Shown one piece after another: positions 44,278 through 54,244 of a stretch of DNA of 64,000 nt. The DNA comes from an uncultured bacterium (GTDB lineage: Bacteria > Muiribacteriota > CAYSPT01), in the NCBI GenBank assembly GCA_964432985.1, contig CAYSPT010000002.1:45337-109336 (forward strand), in the 5' to 3' direction. A model generated the notes under the pieces. That model worked only from the letters and a program-made list of their open reading frames with translations, ran no database searches and was not told the DNA's origin. Every line of letters starts with the position of its first letter. Position 1 is the first letter of the stretch. The position numbers and the translations under genes were made by a program.

Positions 44278-46362
44278 TTATGGCTGGTACAGGCTCCAAT
44301 AATGCAGATATGACTTCATTACCTTCAAAACGTAATATCGTGTTTCATTGTAGCCCACAGCCTCAAGATAATCAGCCGGGGCAGTGCCCTTGACCCTGGA
44401 TTTCCACCGGTTGACGTTTCCCGGACCGCCGTTGTAAGCCGACAGGGCTATGGGTACATCTCCCTTATACCGTTTGAGGAGATATCCCAGGTAATAGGCT
44501 CCCATCCGAATATTGGTGACAGGATCGAAGAGATCTTCCGTCTCAAAACCTTTCATTCCCATTTTACCAGCCACATAATGACCCGTAGAGGGTATTATCT
44601 GCATAAGACCCAGGGCCGAAGCAGTCGATACCAGGCGGGGATTGAAATGACTCTCTTCTCTCATGACCGACAGTACGAGGAAAGGATCTACATCGTTACT
44701 TCGTGCAGCCTCGCGGACCGTTTTCCACCAGACCACCGGATACGAAAGGCGCTGGGACAGTGCAGCGAGAACACCGGAATCCTGCGTTTCCGGGCGGTAC
44801 CCCTTGATAGCCCGGGCTCCGTCATTCGCCGAAGAAGCCAGTACTTTTCCGGCAACGGCGCGTTTATCCGGTTCAGCATCACCGTCCTGGAGTCGGAATG
44901 CCAGATAGGCCTCATCATACCGTCCAGCCCCATACAGCGAGTGAACAATATCCCAGTTATTTCCAGGTAAAAGTTCCTTCATCTGCAAAGATGAAGGGTA
45001 CACAGGGATATCCTTCCACGACACATTCCTTTCCCATCCAGGGGTAACAAACAATCCCCGTTCACCGGAAAACACTGTTTTTTCCAAGCTGGTACCATTT
45101 TCTTCGGGGACACGTATACCGTGGGAGACAAGATAGTGGCGGGCACACAGACCATAAAATGTAAGAGGGTGCCGGTTGACCAGGTCACTCATGATGGCAA
45201 AACCGCTCGGCTCCATAACAGTCTGCGGCAGTTCATTCAATTCCCGTGAAACATCACCAGCCGTTGGGGTTTTCAACTGAAACGGGAGCATTCGTCCCAG
45301 AAGAAACAGGGCGCGCCGCCTACTGCGGGATTCGGGGATCCCATTCACCAGTTTGTGCAACGCCTCCCGTATCTCCGTGTCAGAGCCTGTGTTTTTCAGA
45401 TTATCGTACAGCCTCCACAAAAGTCGTTCGCGAAACGACGATCGCAGATAACTTACCAGACATCTCTGAATCTCACTGAGGAAGCTCTGCTTGCCGCTCA
45501 ATTTCTTATCGAGGGACAGCAGAGACCATACCAGTTCTTCCCTGGTCCACAACGACAGACCGTCTTGCTCAAGCAATGTCCGGCAGCGGGAATAGGCCTC
45601 TTCGTTACGTCCCTGCTTCCTGAGAAGCGTTATCTCCATTTTAACTGCATCATGAGACATTTTATCCGCGTCTTTGGACATGTCACCGGGAGCGGCCCTC
45701 CGCCTTTGCTCGATAGCCTTGACCAGTTTGCCACTCGCCATTCCGCTGCGGATCCCCGCCTTCAACCACACATCAAACGCTTCAGCACCACCAGGGGCAG
45801 AACCATCTTCAGAAAGCCAGGCAAGTGCCATTTTCGTATTTCCTATACGCATGGCACCGCGTGCGACCAGCAGGCGGTCTGATTCCCCCACCCGCCCCTC
45901 TTCCCAGGATCCGGGGAGGGAAAGGCGTGTCAGGGTCCTGTACAAAAACTCATCGCGTCTTTGTTCCTTGAGAAGCAACAGGTATCTGGTGAAGGACTGC
46001 GAACGGTCACGGCTCTCTAACGCCCGGGCCGACCACCAGACCCATTCCCGGGAATCCGTCCCGGAAAAACGAGAAAGCATGGTTGCAGACGCCTGTTCTA
46101 CCACAGGCCACCGGGTGAGATCTCTTCCCAGACGGCACAGCACCCTGGCAGACTCTTCAGCCACGGCCAACGGCGCCGATTCAACCAGGTCCAATCCCGC
46201 CTCTATTACTTCGGTCGTTTTCCCCAGCGCCAACAACCGCTGGGCCGCTTTGAGCCTGGCCAGAGGTTCCGGTAACGCACTGTCCTCACCTCTGACTGCT
46301 GGTGGCAGAGAGGCAGTAAGATACATCAGAGTACATACGATAAGATATATAGTGCAACGCAT
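44278..46362 (-). CDS. soluble lytic murein transglycosylase (Slt70-like)
   Basis: Signal peptide, a long helical superhelix-like N-terminal region, and a C-terminal SLT domain (ESHFNPRLVSTASALGLMQIIPSTG...AYNGGPGNV). Confidence 0.8.
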   Translation of the reverse strand: MRCTIYLIVCTLMYLTASLPPAVRGEDSALPEPLARLKAAQRLLALGKTTEVIEAGLDLVESAPLAVAEESARVLCRLGRDLTRWPVVEQASATMLSRFSGTDSREWVWWSARALESRDRSQSFTRYLLLLKEQRRDEFLYRTLTRLSLPGSWEEGRVGESDRLLVARGAMRIGNTKMALAWLSEDGSAPGGAEAFDVWLKAGIRSGMASGKLVKAIEQRRRAAPGDMSKDADKMSHDAVKMEITLLRKQGRNEEAYSRCRTLLEQDGLSLWTREELVWSLLSLDKKLSGKQSFLSEIQRCLVSYLRSSFRERLLWRLYDNLKNTGSDTEIREALHKLVNGIPESRSRRRALFLLGRMLPFQLKTPTAGDVSRELNELPQTVMEPSGFAIMSDLVNRHPLTFYGLCARHYLVSHGIRVPEENGTSLEKTVFSGERGLFVTPGWERNVSWKDIPVYPSSLQMKELLPGNNWDIVHSLYGAGRYDEAYLAFRLQDGDAEPDKRAVAGKVLASSANDGARAIKGYRPETQDSGVLAALSQRLSYPVVWWKTVREAARSNDVDPFLVLSVMREESHFNPRLVSTASALGLMQIIPSTGHYVAGKMGMKGFETEDLFDPVTNIRMGAYYLGYLLKRYKGDVPIALSAYNGGPGNVNRWKSRVKGTAPADYLEAVGYNETRYYVLKVMKSYLHYWSLYQP

Positions 46363-46408
46363 AGTTAACAGTGTTTAAATCGAAATAGAACAGCTTTCTC
46401 CCTGCTTA

Positions 46409-47767
<1,359 letters not shown>

Positions 47768-47769
47768 TT

Positions 47770-47799
47770 ATAGTATGTGAATACAACCTACCATGTCAA
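47770..47799 (-). promoter_or_regulatory. putative sigma-70 promoter for eno
   Basis: On the minus strand: TTGACA (47799-47794), 18-nt spacer, TACTAT (47775-47770). Confidence 0.45.
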
Positions 47800-47853
47800 A
47801 TAAGTCCACTAATGTCACGAAACAACGGTAACAGCTGCACTCTCCGGGTTGAA

Positions 47854-49062
47854 TCAGAACTCCGACTGAAGGCCGAGCGAATAGATTAAAACTTCCTTGT
47901 TGAGCCCGATTCCCGTAGTGGTCGTGTCGGATTGGTAATCAGCCATGAGTATACCGAGATTCAGGTACCGGTCGGCTTTGACGTGATACCGGGCCCCGAA
48001 TCCGATGGTCTGGGCATCGAGTTCCGGCCACTCGGGGGTCATCTGGTCGGCCGCCATGGCGACGTTGGTGTACAGGTACCCGATACTCCCGGTCAGACGG
48101 TCTGTGTAATCATACTCCAGGGCCACACCAAAATCATACCCGTTGTCGACCCCGGTCATGGTGGGATTCAACGACCAGGTGGCATCTTTGTTCAGATAAT
48201 ACGTCAGGTTGGTTTCCAGTCGCAGGTCATTCTTCAGACGGTGGGAAATACCGAAACCCAGCAGACCGGGGAGGTCACGATTGAAGGTGCTGCCATCGTT
48301 GACCGCTCCCACAGTATCGGCAATCTCATGGGTGGTAAAGGACAATTCGGTGGACGATTCATATCTGAACGCCACATTGGTGCGGTCATCGAGCACATAA
48401 TTCATGCCGAGAATCCAGCCCCACCCGTCGGCGGTTTCCATGTAGTGCACGCTCTGTGGAGTGTCTGGCGCAACCCCCGAAAGCACCATACTACCGTCGA
48501 TATCACGTTCGGCATCGACAAACCTCAGCCCGAACGAATAGGTCAACCTGTCATCCAACCTCCAGGCCCCGCCGAAGGTGTAGCCCAGGTAATGGCTCTC
48601 GGCTTCCAGATGCTGGCTTTTTATAGCGTTGAAAGCTCCGCCGGAGGCTGCAATAACCTGCTGGCCTATACCCGAGGTGGTAACCGATCCATTTGGAAAA
48701 ATAAGTTTTCCACCGCCGCCGACGATAGTGAAGGCAAAATACCCGGCCCACCTGTCTTTTTTATATACTGCAAACAGCTGCGGCACCAGCGACGGCTCGG
48801 TGGTCTCGAAGCGGCTGGCACCCATGGTATGCCAGTAATCCTTCTCCACCTGCTGCAGCGTGAGGTTGAAAGACCGGCCGTTATCAAAGGTCATTACGCC
48901 GGCCGGATTGTATGCAGCCGCATCTGGTGAGTCCGTGGAGGCGTTACGGTTCAACGTTCGAATATACTCGGTACTCCAGTTGGTTTTGTTCATGATACCG
49001 CCGGCAAGCGCGACGGTCGGCAGACACAGAAGAAGTAATGAAACGACTACCAGCTTTCTCAT
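47854..49062 (-). CDS. outer-membrane beta-barrel protein (FadL/TodX-like, tentative)
   Basis: Signal peptide MRKLVVVSLLLLCLPTVALAGG, alternating amphipathic strands, the motif AAAYNPAG, and a C-terminal ...GLQSEF with terminal Phe, which is typical of OMPs. Confidence 0.65.
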   Translation of the reverse strand: MRKLVVVSLLLLCLPTVALAGGIMNKTNWSTEYIRTLNRNASTDSPDAAAYNPAGVMTFDNGRSFNLTLQQVEKDYWHTMGASRFETTEPSLVPQLFAVYKKDRWAGYFAFTIVGGGGKLIFPNGSVTTSGIGQQVIAASGGAFNAIKSQHLEAESHYLGYTFGGAWRLDDRLTYSFGLRFVDAERDIDGSMVLSGVAPDTPQSVHYMETADGWGWILGMNYVLDDRTNVAFRYESSTELSFTTHEIADTVGAVNDGSTFNRDLPGLLGFGISHRLKNDLRLETNLTYYLNKDATWSLNPTMTGVDNGYDFGVALEYDYTDRLTGSIGYLYTNVAMAADQMTPEWPELDAQTIGFGARYHVKADRYLNLGILMADYQSDTTTTGIGLNKEVLIYSLGLQSEF

Positions 49063-49253
49063 GCTTTCCTTCCTTTCCATCCGACATGACGTTTCTCCGG
49101 AAATTCATAGTACGTACGGATAACTATTTTATCCAATTCAGTCGGACAAGGCTAGAAATTTCTTTTGCTTAATGAAAGGCAGTCCGACTGCTGAAGCACT
49201 CGGTTCAGGGAATAAACGCTACCAGCCGTCAAAAACAGTGCTGCAGGTTTGCT

Positions 49254-50252
49254 TTAATATGAATTAGCGGATGAACCGAATTTCAGGTGGTGGACCCTGG
49301 GAGTGGACTCATTTTTGAGAATGATGGCCCAGCGCGGGATCGTTTCAGAGAGGCTGTGTAGTTGATCGTGTTCTTTGAACAGCGGATCAACCAGCCTTGA
49401 TTTGCAGGTTACTTTAGTATGGTAGTTCTCGGAATCGATGGTGAAACCGTAGCGGTTGTTCATGCGGTCCCAGAGGCCGGCCAAAATGTGGTCGTCATCC
49501 AGATGCATTCGTATCTTTTTAAGAATTTCGCTATCGGTAGTAAAAAGATCATTCCTGGAAACATATCCGTTTTCTAGAGAATGCTTGAGCACATCACCTA
49601 CCGTTCTGAACATAGCTGCAGACTCGGGGCCGGCGAAGCAGGTATCGTTGAGTTCTCGAAACAGGGAAGCGAACCGCCTGGCCGACCGCTGGTCCTCGAA
49701 GAACCACCGTCCGCCGCCGGCGTCCAGACAGTCCAGGTACCATCCGGCCTCATTAAGCCCGATGAGCCCGTAAACTACCGCGGTTCGAAGCGAGTAGTCG
49801 ATCCGGTCGGCGCACAGATCGGGGAGTTCACGTTCGAGGAGCGGAAAGTTGTGCTCCTTGAGCACATATTCAGGATCGAGCCCGTGGCGACGCAGCAAGT
49901 CCGGGATATCCGTGCTCCTGACATAGTCCTGGAATATATCGTCCTGGTAAGAATGGGCGGACTCGGAACCTTCCGCAAGTGCGTAGTCCGCGCAGTGCGA
50001 GAAGACGGTGTGGGAAACGTCGTGAAGAAGCCCCGCCGCCTGCTCTTCCAGGGACGCACCAAACCGTCGCAGCAAAGCGTACACACCCACCGAATGCTCG
50101 AACCGGCTGTAAGCAGCGCCGGGACGGTAAACATGAAAATAGCCTCCCTGATCGACCTCCTTCAGCCGCTTAAGCGGCGGACTTTCCACCAGGGCCTCTA
50201 TAACCGGATCCTCAAATGAAACAGGGCCATACAAACGATCAGAATAGCGCAT
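49254..50252 (-). CDS. HD-domain metal-dependent phosphohydrolase
   Basis: RFEHSVGVYALL ... LLHDVSHTVFSH ... DRIDY form an HD superfamily motif set. Confidence 0.8.
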   Translation of the reverse strand: MRYSDRLYGPVSFEDPVIEALVESPPLKRLKEVDQGGYFHVYRPGAAYSRFEHSVGVYALLRRFGASLEEQAAGLLHDVSHTVFSHCADYALAEGSESAHSYQDDIFQDYVRSTDIPDLLRRHGLDPEYVLKEHNFPLLERELPDLCADRIDYSLRTAVVYGLIGLNEAGWYLDCLDAGGGRWFFEDQRSARRFASLFRELNDTCFAGPESAAMFRTVGDVLKHSLENGYVSRNDLFTTDSEILKKIRMHLDDDHILAGLWDRMNNRYGFTIDSENYHTKVTCKSRLVDPLFKEHDQLHSLSETIPRWAIILKNESTPRVHHLKFGSSANSY

Positions 50253-50350
50253 GATCTAACAGTATATCATCCACTCTAAACGGAGACATTACTTCTTCGG
50301 GAATGTGAGGATTGCATACGCTCTGATGGAAGGTGTGACGAAGTGCTGAT

Positions 50351-50719
50351 TCAGGTGACGATGTCGAGGTGGGTGCCGCGATTGGGATCCTTGTAAGTAG
50401 ATTCCTTCATGTCCGGGTCTTCTTTGGTCTCGTCCGCGGGCTCTTCTCCTTCTTCTCCTTCTTCACCTTCCTCACCTTCTTCATCACGATCCTGCTCTCG
50501 ACGGCGGCGGCGCTTTTCCGACTCGTAATCGTCTATGTCTTTTTCCTGCTCCGTCTTCTCGCTTTCGGCGATCTGTTCGGCTTCTTTTTTCACCCGCTTG
50601 TCGATCTCGTCGGAATACTTCTGCTCGCCCAGGGCAGCCTGTTGCTGTTGCTGCCGCATACGGTCGACTTCGACAGTCTTTGACAGGGAAGTCTGCATAT
50701 CAACCGGCCGTATGGTCAT
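50351..50719 (-). CDS. small highly acidic protein, unknown function
   Basis: 122-aa ORF 35 nt downstream of the FapA-like gene. It has Q-run and (EEG)n low-complexity sequence. Coding status is supported mainly by position and ORF length. Confidence 0.5.
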   Translation of the reverse strand: MTIRPVDMQTSLSKTVEVDRMRQQQQQAALGEQKYSDEIDKRVKKEAEQIAESEKTEQEKDIDDYESEKRRRRREQDRDEEGEEGEEGEEGEEPADETKEDPDMKESTYKDPNRGTHLDIVT

Positions 50720-50754
50720 TCGCTATCACCCCCGTGGGATATCGAAATGTGACC

Positions 50755-52608
50755 TCAGTGATACGGGCCTATCCGTATCTCCCCCCGGTCGTAGATCAGG
50801 GTGGCAAATTTGATTTCTTCTGTCATACGTTTTGTGGCGGTTCTTATGTGTACGACAACGCCGGGGAACAGGATTTTCGAGACCTTGATGACGCCTTCTT
50901 TGCTGATAGCCGCCTGCTGCTCAAGATCCTCCCGGCGTTTGTTGAGGTTCTCGATCAACTCCATGAGCTGTTTACGCATGGAGAGCCACTTTTGCAGAAG
51001 CTGCATCTTTTCAGCCGGAAGTTTGCCCACCTGCTTCTTCTTCACCATGAGATTGATCGACTGTTCCAACTCGGTCAGCGATTTCTCGTACTTGGTCAGC
51101 TCTTCGTCAGTCGAATAGTACTCCTCGATAACCCTGGGATCAACACCCACCTGGACCTCTGTCTTGATATCCACATAAGAACCGATGGTTTTCGATTCGA
51201 TAAGCTTGCCGGCCATAACCTTTCCGCCGACAATGACGGCTTTCTTCCCGGTCACCCGGACCTCTTCACCGGCCATTATCTGGGAATGTATGATAGCCTT
51301 TTCGATAATGACATTCCTTTTAGCGTCCAGGGTGGCGTTTTCCACGAACTTGGCCATGATGTCCTCGTTTGCCTTGACAGAGCCTCTATCCTTGCCGATC
51401 ACCCCGCCTTTGACGGCGATGGTGCCCCCGGCCTCGAGAGCTGCCGACTGGACATTCCCCCCGATAAAGATCGATCCCTTGGCTTTGACCTTGAAATCAT
51501 CGAGAACATTGCCCGAGATATGAACGTCCCCGATAAAATCGATGTTTCCCACCGAGTAGTCCACATCTCCCTTGACATCGAACACGGGGACGACTCTGGG
51601 GACCTTGCCGGTAAACACGACGTGCCCGTCAATGGTAGCGGTCATGAGCAGACCGTCTTCGGACACCTTCGTGTTCTGTCCCCCCGCTAAAACAATGTCC
51701 TTTCCCGGAATGGGAGGTATGATGGATCCGGTAACCGTCCGACCTTCCTTACCCTCGGTAGCAGGTATCTTCTCCGCCAGTGGCTCACCCTTGGTCACGT
51801 TCTGGACGATATCGAGACGGCGGTGATCGACAGATCCGTCTTCTTCCTCGGTAGGTTTTTTCTTGTCGTGATCGGGGATGAACCGGTATTTGACGTGGGC
51901 ATCCTCCCCTTTGACCGGGGCAATACCCTTAGCGGCGGTGAACCGCTCGTTGGCGATGCTGGCTTCGATATTGGTATTAAGTGATTCCTCGTCGATGCCC
52001 ACCACCACACCGGCGTCCTGCAATGTCCGCTTAATTTTATCAAAGTCGGGCATCCGCCCGCCCTTGGGAGCAACCAGAGTGACATAGGCGAGCATTTTAT
52101 CGGCACTTACGTCCACTATAACCTGGGCTTCCTTGTACAGTACAGGATCATAATCGGCCACCTTGACCGGCACTCCATGAGCGAGATTACAGGCTCGTTC
52201 CACTTCCGTCCAATTGACGTTGGCAATTCCCCTGCTTTCGATGTACTGGGATGCCCGCTCCACGGTCAACTTCTTGCCCGAACCAACGGGAGGATGAACG
52301 GTGAAAAACACACCGTCCTCGTTGATTTCCATCTCGCAGTAGCTATCTGTGCCCAGACCGTGGTCGGCCATGTCATGCCCGGCATCTTCCATCTCCGCCA
52401 TGAGCTCGTCAAAGTTTGTCGACGCTTTGCTGGCATCAAGAAAAACCCTCACCTCGAAGGGACGGCCTTTGGCTCCGAAAAGACCTTTCCGTCCGTGAAC
52501 CATAACCTCATGCTCCACATTGGATACCTCGACACCAAGTCTCCGAGCACCTCGCTGAATCGCCTGTTGAAGGGTTTCTCCCTGAATGATAATTTCTTTT
52601 TTAGCCAC
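50755..52608 (-). CDS. FapA/DUF342 family protein (flagellar assembly protein A-like, beta-helix)
   Basis: 617 aa. The central repetitive G-rich beta-helix region (GDVDYSVGNIDFIGDVHISGNV...GGNVQSAALEAGGTIAVKGGV) and C-terminal coiled coil are as in DUF342 proteins. It lies immediately downstream of fliA. Confidence 0.7.
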   Translation of the reverse strand: MAKKEIIIQGETLQQAIQRGARRLGVEVSNVEHEVMVHGRKGLFGAKGRPFEVRVFLDASKASTNFDELMAEMEDAGHDMADHGLGTDSYCEMEINEDGVFFTVHPPVGSGKKLTVERASQYIESRGIANVNWTEVERACNLAHGVPVKVADYDPVLYKEAQVIVDVSADKMLAYVTLVAPKGGRMPDFDKIKRTLQDAGVVVGIDEESLNTNIEASIANERFTAAKGIAPVKGEDAHVKYRFIPDHDKKKPTEEEDGSVDHRRLDIVQNVTKGEPLAEKIPATEGKEGRTVTGSIIPPIPGKDIVLAGGQNTKVSEDGLLMTATIDGHVVFTGKVPRVVPVFDVKGDVDYSVGNIDFIGDVHISGNVLDDFKVKAKGSIFIGGNVQSAALEAGGTIAVKGGVIGKDRGSVKANEDIMAKFVENATLDAKRNVIIEKAIIHSQIMAGEEVRVTGKKAVIVGGKVMAGKLIESKTIGSYVDIKTEVQVGVDPRVIEEYYSTDEELTKYEKSLTELEQSINLMVKKKQVGKLPAEKMQLLQKWLSMRKQLMELIENLNKRREDLEQQAAISKEGVIKVSKILFPGVVVHIRTATKRMTEEIKFATLIYDRGEIRIGPYH

Positions 52609-52674
52609 CTGGGTTTTGTCCTCCCCCGTTGTGTAAGCAAATATGAATTCGAACGGTTACTCGACCAGCAGCTG

Positions 52675-53457
52675 CTATTCCACCAGCACCCGTTTCATGC
52701 GGCTGAGCCGTCCGCGAAGCCGCAGTACGGCTTTGGTGTGCAGCTGAGAAACGCGTGAATCAGACACGCCGAGTACCTTGCCAATCTCCTTCAGTGTCAA
52801 CTCTTCATAGTAGTAAAGAGTAATGACCAGTTTCTCCCGCTCGGAAAGTCTGTCGATGGCTTGCGCCAGAATCTGTTTTACCTCTTCTTCTTCGACTTTG
52901 ATTTCCGGATTCTCGACTTCCGTGTTCTCGATAAAGTCCATCCTGCTGGTAGCATTTTCACTTTCGTAACAGACTTCATCCAGAGAAAGAAGAAGAGCGC
53001 CCCGGGTTTCGTTATAGAGTTTGTGCAACTCCTCCATCTCGATTCCCATGGCCGCCGCGATCTCGTCATCCGAGGCCGCCCGGCCGAGCTTGTTTTCCAA
53101 TTCATTGTAAATACGCTCAAGCTGACGGGCCTTTTGCCGAACCGAACGAGGGGTCCAGTCCAATAACCTCAACTCGTCAAAAATTGCACCCCTGATTCGT
53201 GTCTGAGCGTAGGTTTTAAATTTAACGTTACGGGAGGGATCATATTTTTCGATTGCGTCAATAAGACCAAAGATCCCATATCCTACCAGGTCTTCAAAAT
53301 CTACATTAGAAGGAAGATTAACGGCTATACGTCCCGCCACATACTTCACAAAGGAAGCGTACTTCAAAATGAGATTGTCCCTCATCTTGGGGTCGCCGGT
53401 TGTTTTGTACTGGCGCCAGAGATCTTCATCGGTTTCAAGCAAGGCATGAACCCCCAT
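52675..53457 (-). CDS. fliA: RNA polymerase sigma-28 factor (FliA/WhiG family)
   Basis: Region 2 (LILKYASFVKYVAGRI...DLVGYGIFGLIDAIEKYDP), region 3, and the region 4 HTH (TLKEIGKVLGVSDSRVSQLHTKA). The start is uncertain: ATG 53457 or GTG 53484. Confidence 0.85.
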   Translation of the reverse strand: MGVHALLETDEDLWRQYKTTGDPKMRDNLILKYASFVKYVAGRIAVNLPSNVDFEDLVGYGIFGLIDAIEKYDPSRNVKFKTYAQTRIRGAIFDELRLLDWTPRSVRQKARQLERIYNELENKLGRAASDDEIAAAMGIEMEELHKLYNETRGALLLSLDEVCYESENATSRMDFIENTEVENPEIKVEEEEVKQILAQAIDRLSEREKLVITLYYYEELTLKEIGKVLGVSDSRVSQLHTKAVLRLRGRLSRMKRVLVE

Positions 53458-53617
53458 GACAAAAGTATTATTCTGAAGGCACACCTACAGAACGGTTATG
53501 CGCATTGCACAGTATAAAACAATGTAGTTCAAAAAGCAACAGTTTATGGAGGAAAACAGTGTAGAAAGTGAGGGTTGACCGCCCCTGTCATCTTCTTTGC
53601 CGGAAGTAGTTTAAATT

Positions 53618-53650
53618 TCTCAAACCTTCCAGGTTACTAGACCTGGAAGG
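53618..53650 (-). terminator. intrinsic terminator after pth
   Basis: On the minus strand: CCTTCCAGGT-ctagta-ACCTGGAAGG followed by TTTGAGAAATTT. The stem is a perfect 10 bp. Confidence 0.55.
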
Positions 53651-53653
53651 TTG

Positions 53654-54244
53654 CTAGACCTGAAAGTCTACCCCGTTATACCTGTTCATGGCGGCTTGAA
53701 CTCCCCGGCGGACCATGAGCGACAGGGACTGTGCAGCCTGGGTTACCACGTGGGCTGCCTGCTCTTTTTCTTCGTTTGAAAAAGTATCGAGTACGTACCC
53801 GACAACTTCTTGTCCCGGTGGCCGGCCTATACCGATCCTGACCCTGGTAAAATCAGTTGATCCGAGTGCCTCTATTATCGAATCGATCCCCTTGTGCCCA
53901 CCAGAACTGCCTTTTTTTCTGATGACTATTCGTCCGAGAGGGAAATCAAGATCGTCGTGGACTATAATGAGATTGTAAGGCAAATTGACCATAAAGGGCT
54001 TAAGAAGACGAGACTTGAAGATTTCCCCGGATAAGTTCATGAATGTCAATGGTTTGACAATGGTCACATCAATGTCTTTTATCTTCCCCCCAGTAACTTC
54101 GCAGTGATTCCGCTGACTATACGAGGGCAAACGCTCCTTTTTTCGAAAAGCATCCACAACAAGAAAGCCCATGTTGTGCCGCGTATCATGATAGCGAGGG
54201 CCAGGATTCCCAAGCCCGACAATAATCCACTGCACGCTGATCAC
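53654..54244 (-). CDS. pth: peptidyl-tRNA hydrolase
   Basis: WIIVGLGNPGPRYHDTRHNMGF and HDDLDFPLG. The GTG start overlaps the upstream stop. Confidence 0.9.
   Translation of the reverse strand: MISVQWIIVGLGNPGPRYHDTRHNMGFLVVDAFRKKERLPSYSQRNHCEVTGGKIKDIDVTIVKPLTFMNLSGEIFKSRLLKPFMVNLPYNLIIVHDDLDFPLGRIVIRKKGSSGGHKGIDSIIEALGSTDFTRVRIGIGRPPGQEVVGYVLDTFSNEEKEQAAHVVTQAAQSLSLMVRRGVQAAMNRYNGVDFQV

Noticed and set aside
44078-44299. 73-aa ORF, or a possible ncRNA, in the 360-nt efp-slt spacer
   Set aside because: The ORF overlaps the slt 3' end and has no SD or motif. I could not fit the sequence to SRP, 6S, tmRNA or RNase P signatures. Only a weak hairpin, tggtgg...ccacca, is present.
47932-48930. 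Long antisense or alternative-frame ORFs over confirmed genes. Examples: 47932-48930 over the OMP, 56940-58010 over prs and the tRNA, 50680-51690 over FapA, 59318-60022 over panC, 8539-9429 over EF-G, 41602-42330 over accC, 45674-46378 over slt, and 23799-24536 over the TPR gene.
   Set aside because: In each case the opposite or other frame encodes a full-length, motif-rich housekeeping protein. The competing ORFs are Arg/Gly/Pro-rich translations typical of shadow frames in mid/high-GC DNA.
49140-49192. 9-bp inverted repeat cagtcggac...gtccgactg between the HD and OMP genes as a terminator
   Set aside because: The 35-nt loop and the lack of a U-tract make an intrinsic terminator unlikely. 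It is kept only as a note.
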